DNA from: the human T2T-CHM13v2.0 reference genome, Homo sapiens
DNA length: 64,000 bases
Strand: one strand, 5' to 3'
NCBI RefSeq assembly: GCF_009914755.1
Contig: NC_060938.1
Numbering within the stretch: position 1 is the stretch's first letter; every line of letters begins with the position of its first letter. Below the pieces are notes generated by a model that had not been told where the DNA came from, did no database searches, and saw nothing but the letters and a program-made list of their open reading frames with translations. Positions 27,925 through 37,228 of this stretch are shown here, piece after piece. Both the position numbers and the translations under genes were made by a program.

Positions 27925-30900
27925 TGTCCACCCAGGACCTGCTTGGACACCTGCACCTGATGTTCACCAGGGGCCTAGGAATCCACTTGCAGCCTGGGAT
28001 CCTACAGGGGCCTAATGTTACCCTGCAGATTGGGTAGCCACTTGGAGATCAGGTATCAACCTGGGGACTGTGGTTGACCTGCAGGCTAATGTCCACCTGG
28101 GGACTGGTTATTCACCTGAGGCCTGATGCGCACCTGGGGCCGAATGTCCCCCTCAGGGTGAATTCCACCTCAGGCCTGTATGTCCACCTGGGGCCTGATG
28201 TCTGCCTTAGATCTGTGTCCCACTGGGGCCTTGTGTTCACCGGGGACTGGTATCCAGCTGTGGCCTGATGATCTACCGCATCCTGTTGCTCACCTATGGG
28301 CTAGTGTCTACCTGGGGCTTGGTGATCACCTGGGAGCCAGATATCAACTTGGGGCCTGGGTGTCCACTTAAGGCCTGATGTGGGCCTGGGGCCTGATTGC
28401 CCACCCGGGGACTGGGTGTCCACCTGGGGTCTGATGTCCACCTGAAGTTAGGTATCTACCTAAGGCTTGGTGTCTACCTGTGGCCTGATGTCCACATGAG
28501 TCTGGGGTTCAGTTGGGGCCTGCTGTACATGTGGGACCTTGGTGTCTATCTGAGTCCTGATGGCTACCTGGTGACTGCCATCCTCTTGAGGCCTGATATC
28601 CACCTGGGAATGGTTTATCCATGGAAACGGTTATGTCCACCTGGGGCTGGATGTCGCCCAATGGCTAGATGTCCACCTGTGGCCCCGTGTCCACCTAGTG
28701 CCTGATGTCCACCTGGGGCATGGTTTTCACCTGAGACCCGGGTGTTTACATAGGACGTGATGTCCAGCTGGTGCCTAGGTGCCCACCGGGGGCCTTGTGT
28801 TAACCTGGGGACTGGTATCCAGCTCGGTCCTAATGAACACCTGGGTTGAATTATTCACCTAGACTTTGGTATTCATTTAGGGCTTGAGTGTCAGCCTTGG
28901 ACCTGGTGTCCACCTGGGCCTTGGGTATCAAACTAGGGATTTGGTGTCCAGTTGAGACATCATGTGCACCTGGGGTCTGAGTGTTCACATGAGGCCAGAT
29001 GACCACTGGGGGCCTGAATGTCAACCTGGTGTCAAATTCACTGGGAGCCTAGGTATCCACCTGGGGCCTGATGTCCACCTGGGACTAGGTGTCAACGTGT
29101 GGCCTGATGTAAACCTCGAGTTCAGTGTTCACCTTGGGCCTGATGTCCACTGGAGGACTGATGTTCCCCTTTGATCTGATGTCCACCTGGAAACCGTGTA
29201 TTCACCCATGGCCTGATGGTCACCTGGGGTTGAATGTCCAACTGTGGCCAGATGTGCACCCGGAACCTGGGCATCCACCTGGGGCCTGATGTTTAGCTGG
29301 GGCCTGGAGTTCACCTGAGGCATGATGTCTACCTGAAGCTTAACGTTCATCTGAGTGCTGGATGTTCACCTGGCACCCGATGTCCACCTGGAGCCTGAGG
29401 ACCCTTCTCAGGCCTGATGTCCACAATTGGCCTGGTATTCATCTGGGGCCTTCGTGTTAATGTGGCCTAATGTACTCCTGGGTTCTAGGGTCCTCTTGGG
29501 ACCTGATGTCTACCAGGATCCTGGTATCCACCTGGGGCCTGGTATCCACCTAGGACTTGATATTCACCTGGGGCCTAGGAATCCACTTGATAACTGGTGC
29601 CCATCGGGGTCCTGATGTTCACCTTGGGACTGGGTAACCACCTGAGGCCTGATGTCCACTTAGGGCATAAGTGTTTAGCTGGGGTCTAGTGTTCACATGG
29701 GGCCTGATGTCAACCTTGAGCTTAGGTATTCACAAGAGGACTAGTGTCCAGCTGGGGCCAGATGTTCACTTGGGGCCTGGTGTCAACTTGAAGTATGGTT
29801 GTCAACCTGGGACCTGATGTCCAGTCCAGTGTCCGCCTTGGGACTGTTTTCTACCCAGGGCCTGTGTGTCCACATAGACCCTGGTGTCAATGTGGGGCCT
29901 GGGTATTTACCAGGGGCCTGGATATTCATTGGTACATTATGTCTACTGGGGTCTTTGTGTCAATCTGAGCTCTGATGTCCACCTAGAGATTGGGTATCCA
30001 CTTAAGGCCCGGTGTTTACATGGGGCCTGTAACACGAGGTTCCAGATGAACTCAGATGTCCACCTGAGGCCTCATGTCCACCTGAGTTCTGAGTGTTCAC
30101 ATAGGGCCTGCTGTCAACTTGGAACCTAAGTATTTACCTAGGGCCTGGGTGTCCACCTGGGGCCTGACTTCCAACTGGATCTTGTGTCAACATGGGGCCT
30201 GATGTCCACTTTGGGCCTAGGTAACTTCCTGACGACTAATGCCCACATGGCTCCGAAGGACCATCTGAGGCCTGGTATTAATTTAGAGACTGGTATCCAC
30301 CTGGGGTCCAGGTATCCACTTGGGACCTGATGTTCACCTGGAGTGTAGGAATTCACGTGGGGCCTGGTGTCCACCTTGAGTGTGTGTATCGAACTGAGTG
30401 CTGGTGTCCACCTGGAGTCCAGTGTATACCTGGGACCTGATGTACATATGGGACCTGGGCATCCATCTAGGACCTGATGTTCACATAAGGGCTGGCATTC
30501 TCCTGGCCTGGTTCCCATATGGAGCCTGGGCGTACACTTGGAGCCTGATGTCCCAGGTGGATCGCTGGGCCCCAGTTGTCATCAGATCCTAGGAAACTCT
30601 CAGGACCCAGGTGCACATAAAGCTCCAAGTGGCCACCTAGGCCACAGGTTGATACACAGGGTCCAGGTGGACACTGGGTGCAAGATGAACACCAGGTCTC
30701 TGGTGAACGCCAAGCCTCAGGTGTCTACCTAGTCCTCAAGTGAACACCAGGCACTAGATTGACACACAGGTACCAGGTGGATATCAGGCCACAGGTGAAC
30801 ACCAGGCCCCAGGTGGTTGGGTTACTTATAGCATAGGTGGCCATCAGGTCCCAGGTCTATAGCCACTCCCCACCTGAAAATCAGGATCCAGGTGGATACC

Positions 30901-33900
30901 CATGTCCTAGGTGAACACCAGGTTCCAAATGAACATCAGGCTCCAAGTGAACACACAGGCCCCAGTTCAATACCAGCCTCAGGTAGACATCAGGACCCAG
31001 GTGGACCCCAGGCCCAATGTGCATGCCTAGTCTCTTGGAATACATCATTTTCAAGGTGGACACCCAGATTCCTGGTAGACCTCTGGTGCCAGGTGGATAT
31101 CTGGCTGCAGGTGGACATCAGGCCACAGGTGGAGACCCAGTACACAGGTGTAAATCAGGCTCCAGTATTTCATCAGGCCCCAATTAAACACCTGACTAAA
31201 GGTGTGCATCAAGACCCAGGTTGACACCCAGGCTTCAGGTGCACACTAGGCCCAAAGTGTACACCCATGCCCAGGTGGGCATCAGGCCCAAGGTGTACAC
31301 CAGACCCCAAGTGGACATCAGGTTCCAGGTTGACACCAGTCTCTAGGTAGATCCTTAAGCCCCAATTGGTCATCAGGCCCAAGGTGGATACCTTGACCCC
31401 AGGGGGTCACCAGGTCCCAGGCAGGCCTCAGGTGGACACTAAGCCCTAGGTTAACACAAGGTGTGAGCTGGTTTCAGCCCCCATGTGGGCTTTAGTCATA
31501 AGGAGCTTACCTAGGCCCTAAGTGGACATCAGGTCCCAGGTTGACACAATGAACCATGTAGAAGTCAGGCTCTAAGTAGACACCCAGGCCCTAGGTAAAT
31601 ACTTTGGTCCCAAGCCATCATCAGGCCCTATGTGGACACCCAGACTCCAGGCAGATGTCAGGCCCCAGGTGAACACTGAACTCAGGGTGGTCTTCAGGCC
31701 CTAGGTTGACACATAGGCCTCAGGTAGACAACAGGCATAGGTGAACTTCAGGCTCCAGATGAATGTCGGGCTCCAGGAAGAAGTCTGTGCCCCACTTAAA
31801 CACCGGGTCTTAGGTAGACATCAGGCCTCAAATGGATGCCCAGGCCCCAGGTGGATATCAGGCCTCAGGCAAACACCAGGCCCCAGGTAGACATTAGTCA
31901 CGAGATGGACACTCAGGCCACAAGTGAACATCTGTCCCCAGGTGGACATCCATCCCAAGGTGGACATCAGGCCAGAGATGTACACCCAGGCCCCAGGAGA
32001 ACCCCAGGCCCCAGGAGGACACTCAAGGGTCAGAAGGACACCCAGTCCCTAGGTAACTACAAGGCCTCAAATGGACATGATGTTCCAGATGGATATGAGG
32101 CCCCAAGTGGATACTAGGCCCAGGTGGACCCCAGGTCTGAGGGGTACACCAGGTCCCAGAGGAACACCAGACCCTAGGTAAGCATGCAGTCCCAGGTGGA
32201 CATCAGGTTCCAGGAGGACACCAGGACCCAGTTGGTCATCAATCCACAGCTGAACACCAGTTCCCCAAGAACACCAGTCCTCAGGTGGGCACCTAGTCCT
32301 CTCGTGTGCATCAGGTGCCAGGCTGACATAGGCAGCAGCTGAACTCTGGGCCTCAGGTGAACATCAGATCCCAGGTTGTCACCCAGGCCCCAGGTGAACA
32401 CCAGGTTTTAGGTGAACACGAGGTCCTAGGTGGGTGTCTATGCTTCTGGTGAACCTCAGGCCCTAGTGGACACTCAGGCCCTTTATAGACATCTGGCTCC
32501 ATGTGCACTCCCAGGGCCCAGGTAGACATGAGGCCCCAGAGGAACACCAGTCCTTAGTCACCTAAGACTGAATTCCCCTAGGGCTGGAGACTGAGTATTC
32601 ACCTTGGGCCTAGGAATCTACCTGGGGCCAGATGTCAATCTGGGGCCTGAAGTCTACTCAGGTTCAGCTGTCCACCTAGGGCGGGGTGTTTTTCTGGGAC
32701 CCAGAGTCTACCTGAAATCTTAGTGTCAACCTGGGGCCTATGTGTCCACTTGGAGTCTGACGTGCACCTGAAGCCTGAGTTTTCACCTAGGATCTGATGA
32801 GCACCTGGGGCCCAGGTTTCCATCCGAAACATCAGGCTCTAGTTTTACATCTGGGCCCCAGGTATACACTAGACACCAAAAGAACTCCAGCCCCTATCTT
32901 AACATGAGGTCCTAGGTGGATGCCCAGGCCTCATGTCTACATTAGGCCTCAGGTAGACACGACTCCAGGTGGGCATCAGGCCTGATATTGGCTCTATGTC
33001 TCCACCCAAATCTCATGTTGAATTGTAATCCACATGGGTTGAAGAAGGGGCCTTGTGAGAGGTGATTGAATCATGGGGGCAGACTTCCCACTTGCTGTTC
33101 TCGTGATAGAGTTCTTATGAGATCTGTTTGTTTGAAAGTGTGTAGCACATCCCCCTTCTCTCTCCCTCCTCCTCCCCCATGGTAAAAAGGGCTTGCTTTC
33201 TCTTGGCTTTACATCATGATTGTAAGTGTCCCGAGCATGCCCAGTCATGCTCCCTATTAAGCCTGAAGAACTGTGGGTCAGTTAAACCTCTTTTCCTCAT
33301 AGGTTGCCCAATATCAGGTAGTTTTTTATAACAGTGTGAAAATGGACTAATACAAGGTCTTAGGATAACAACCATGCTTCAGGCCATAGGTGGACATCTG
33401 GCTGCAACTGGATACTATTCCCCAGGTGGATACCTAGGCTCAAGGTTGACATTAGTCCCCAGGTAAACAACAAGCCCCAGGTGAATACCTATACCCTAAG
33501 TAGACATCAGGCCTCAGGCTGACACTCAGTCTAACCTCAACATTAGGCTCCAGGTGGACACCCAGACTCCAGGTGGATACTAGACCCCAGGGGTACACCA
33601 GACTCCTGGTAGGCATAAGGCCCAATGAAGACACTAGAATCCAGGTGTACGTAAAGCCACTGGTTGACACCAAGCCCTCAGATGAACACCAGGCCAACTA
33701 GTGGACATTAGGCACATGAGAATACTTGGGCACCAGGCAGGTATCAGGTCCCGGGTAAACATCAAACTTCAGGTGGACATCATTCTCCATGTAAACTCTA
33801 GCCCCTGCTAAACATCAGGCTCTAGGTGGAAGCCCAGACCCCAGGTGCACTTCTGGCCACAGTTGAACATCTGTCCCCAGGTGAATATCAGACCATGGAT

Positions 33901-36900
33901 GCATAGCAAGTTCCCAGGTGGACATCAGGTCAAAAGTGAATATAAGTCTCTAGGAAGACATCTGGCCCCAGGTGGATACTGAACTAGAGGTTTACATCGG
34001 GCCCCAGGTTGACAGCAAGGCCCAGGTAGACAGCAGGCCCCAAGTGAAGACCATGCCCAGGTGTATACTGAACTAGAGGTTTACATCAGACTCCAGATTG
34101 ACATTCAGTCCCCAGGTGGTCATGACACCTCAATTGGACACCAAGTCCTCAGGTCGATACCCAAGTCCCAGGTGGACACCAGGTCAAAGATGAAAACAAG
34201 ACCTAAGGTTGACACTCAAGCCCTAAGTGTCACCAGGCACTAGGTGAATAATATGACCCAGGGGATCATTAGGACCCAGCTGCATACCAGTCCCCAGGTT
34301 TACACGAGGCCCCCAGTAGGTTCCTAAGCTCTAGTTGGACATGAGGTCTCCAGTAGACACCCAGGACTGAGGCGGACATCAAGCATCAGATGGACGTCTG
34401 GCCGCGGATGAACATCAAGCCTCACATGGATACCTAGTCCCCAGGTAGTAGACATCAGGTCCCAGTTTGACATCAGTTTCTGGATAGATCCCTAAGCCCC
34501 AGGTGGATATCCAGTCTCCAGCTGAACATCAGCCCTTCGTGGACACCCAGGCCCCAGGTGGATATCAGGTCTCAAGTGAACACAAGTCCCCAGGCAGACA
34601 TCAGGCACCAGGTACACACTCAGACCCCAAGAGGACAACTGTCCCCAGGTTGACATCACTCTCAAGGTGTACATTAGGCAACAGATGTACACCCAGGTCC
34701 AAGGCAGACACGAGTCCCCAGTAAAACTCAAGGCCCCAGAAGGATACTCAAGCCCTAGGTGGATGCCCAGACCCCAGGTAATTACAAGGCCCCAGGTGGA
34801 TATCAGATTCCAGATGAACATTAGGCCCCAAATGGATACCTAGGCACCAGGTAGACATCAGACCCCAGGTGCATCCCCCAGTCTCAGGTGCACACTAGGC
34901 CCCCAGTGAACACTGGCTCCAGGTGAGCACCCAGTCCAAGGTACACACCATGACCCAGGTGGTCATTAGGCCACAGCTGAACACCAATCTTGAGGGAACA
35001 CCAGATCCCAGGTGGGCACCTAGTCTCCAGGTGGATATTGGGCCCCAAGTGGACACCCAGCCCCCAGGTGAACATCAAGCTTCAGGTGGACATCATGCCT
35101 CAGGTGAACTCCGGGTCCCAGCTCAGCTGAACATCAGGCTGCAGGCGGATGCCTAGGTTCCAGGTGCACAACAGGTCACAGTTGGACATTCAGCCCCAGG
35201 TGAACATCAGGCCATGGGTGGATAAACAGTCCACAGGTGGACATCAGGTCAAAGGTGAACATCAGTACTCAGGTGGACATCAGGCTCCAGGTTGACATCA
35301 AGCCCAAGGTGGACACTGAACTAGAGGTTTACACCAGGCCCCAGGTTGACACCCAGGCTCAGGTGGACATTGGGCCCCAGGTGGATACCTAGGCCCCTAG
35401 TAAACCTCAGATTCTAGGTTGACATTCAGGCCCCCAGTAGTCATTTGGCCCCAAGTGGACACTCAGGCGCCAGGTTCACATGATGTCTTAACTGGACACC
35501 AAGGGGCCAGTTTGATACCCAAGTCCTATGTGGGTGCCAGGTCCAGGGTTACACTCAAGCCCCAAGTGGACACCAGGCCCTAGGTGAATAACACAATCCA
35601 CGTGGTCATTAGGCCCCAGAATGACACCAGTCCCCAGGTTAACAGGAAGCCCCCAGTGGGCACCTAGGCCCCAGCTGGACATCAGGCCTAAAGTGGACAC
35701 CCAGGATCAAGATGGACATCAGGACTCAGGTGGACATCTGGTGACAGGTGGACATCAAGCTTGGTGTGTACCTTGTCCCCGGGTAGTCATCAGGCCCCAG
35801 TTCAACACCAGTCCCTGGGTGGATTCCTCGGCTCCAGGTGGACATCCTGTCTTCAGCTGAACATTAGACCCCAGGTGAACACCAGGTCTTAGGTGGACAT
35901 TAGGCCCCTGGTGGACATAAAGTACCAGTGGACATCCATGTTGCAGGTGGACACCCAGTGCCCAGATGGGCATCAGGCCACATTTGGACATTGAGGCCCC
36001 AGGTGGATATCAGGCCTCAGGTGAACCCTAGGTCCAACACAGACATCAGGCCTTAGGTCGACACTCAAGCACCAGATGGACTGCTGCACCTAAGTAGAAA
36101 ACAGACCCCTATCTGGATATCTAAGATACAGGTATACAACAAGCCCCAGGCTGACATCCAGACCCCAGGTGGACACCATAGCCCAGGTGAACAGCAGGCA
36201 ACAGTTTGGCACCAAGTACCTAAGTGAAACAAAGCCTTAGGTGATTACCAGGCCATAGGTAGTCATTAGTCTCCAGCTGGACAATAGTCCCTAGGTGGAT
36301 ACCTAGGCCCCAGGTGGACACTAGACCCCAGATTAACACAAAAACCAAGTAAAAAATCAAACCCCAAGTGGAAAACCAGTCCCTAGGTAAATACACAAAT
36401 CTCAAGCTGACACCAGGCCCTATTTGGACACCCAAGCCCTAGGTGGACTTCAGGCCCCAGGTGAACACTGAACTCTAGAAAGTCTTCAGGCCCTGTGTTG
36501 ACTACCTGGCCCCAGGGGGACACCAGGCATTCATGAACTTCAGGCACCAGCTGTACATCAGGTTCCAGACAAATGTCCAGGCCCCAGGTGGATATCAAAC
36601 CTCAGATGAACACCAGGCCCCAGGTAGACATCACAAACCAGGTGGACACTCAGGCCCCTACTGAATATCTGTCCCCAGGTGGACATCCATCCCAAGGGGA
36701 ACATCAGGCCACAGATGTACACTTAAGCCTAAGGCCGACCCCAGGCCCCAGGAAAACTCCAGGCTCCATGAGGGCACTCAGACCCCAGGTGGATGCATTG
36801 GTCCTAGGTAAACACATGGCCCCAGGTAAGACATCAGGCTGCAGTGAACACGGGAGCCCAGGTGGGTACCTAGTCCCCAGGTGTGCATCAGGCAGAAGGT

Positions 36901-37228
36901 TGACCCAGTCCCCAGCTGAACTCTGGGCCCCAGCTGAACGTCATAACCCAGATGGTCACCCAGGCTCCAGGTGAACACATAGTCTTAGGTGGACATCAGG
37001 CCCCACATGAACACCCAAGCCCCAGGTAGATATCAGGCCTTAGGTTTACACCAAACCTCAGGTGGGCATCTGGCTCCAGATGGCCATAGGTGGATAACTA
37101 AGCCTCTCCTGGATATCAGGCCCCAGGTGGGCACCAGGCTCCAGGCGAACATCTAGCCCCAGGGTGACATCCAGCCCCTGGTGGACATCAGGGCTCACAT
37201 GGATAAACAGTTTACAGATGGACACCTG
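27925..37228. repeat. Diverged GC-rich short-period satellite (~18-20 bp monomer, gtccacctggggcctgat; possibly HSAT5-like) with orientation switches
   Basis: Hundreds of degenerate copies over ~9.3 kb: CACCTG orientation 27925-30552 and ~32575-32810, CAGGTG orientation elsewhere; family name uncertain. Confidence 0.9.
32983..33354 (+). mobile_element. THE1/MSTA solo LTR inserted in the satellite
   Basis: 'tgatattggctctatgtctccacccaaatctc...aatggactaataca' with 5-bp TSD aggcc/aggtc. Confidence 0.92.

Noticed and set aside
27925-37228. CRISPR-like array or coding repeat protein (many ORFs with VHLGPDV / QVDIRP repeats)
   Set aside because: Eukaryotic degenerate tandem repeat with no constant repeat/unique spacer structure and no cas genes; ORFs are short by-products of GC-rich repeats
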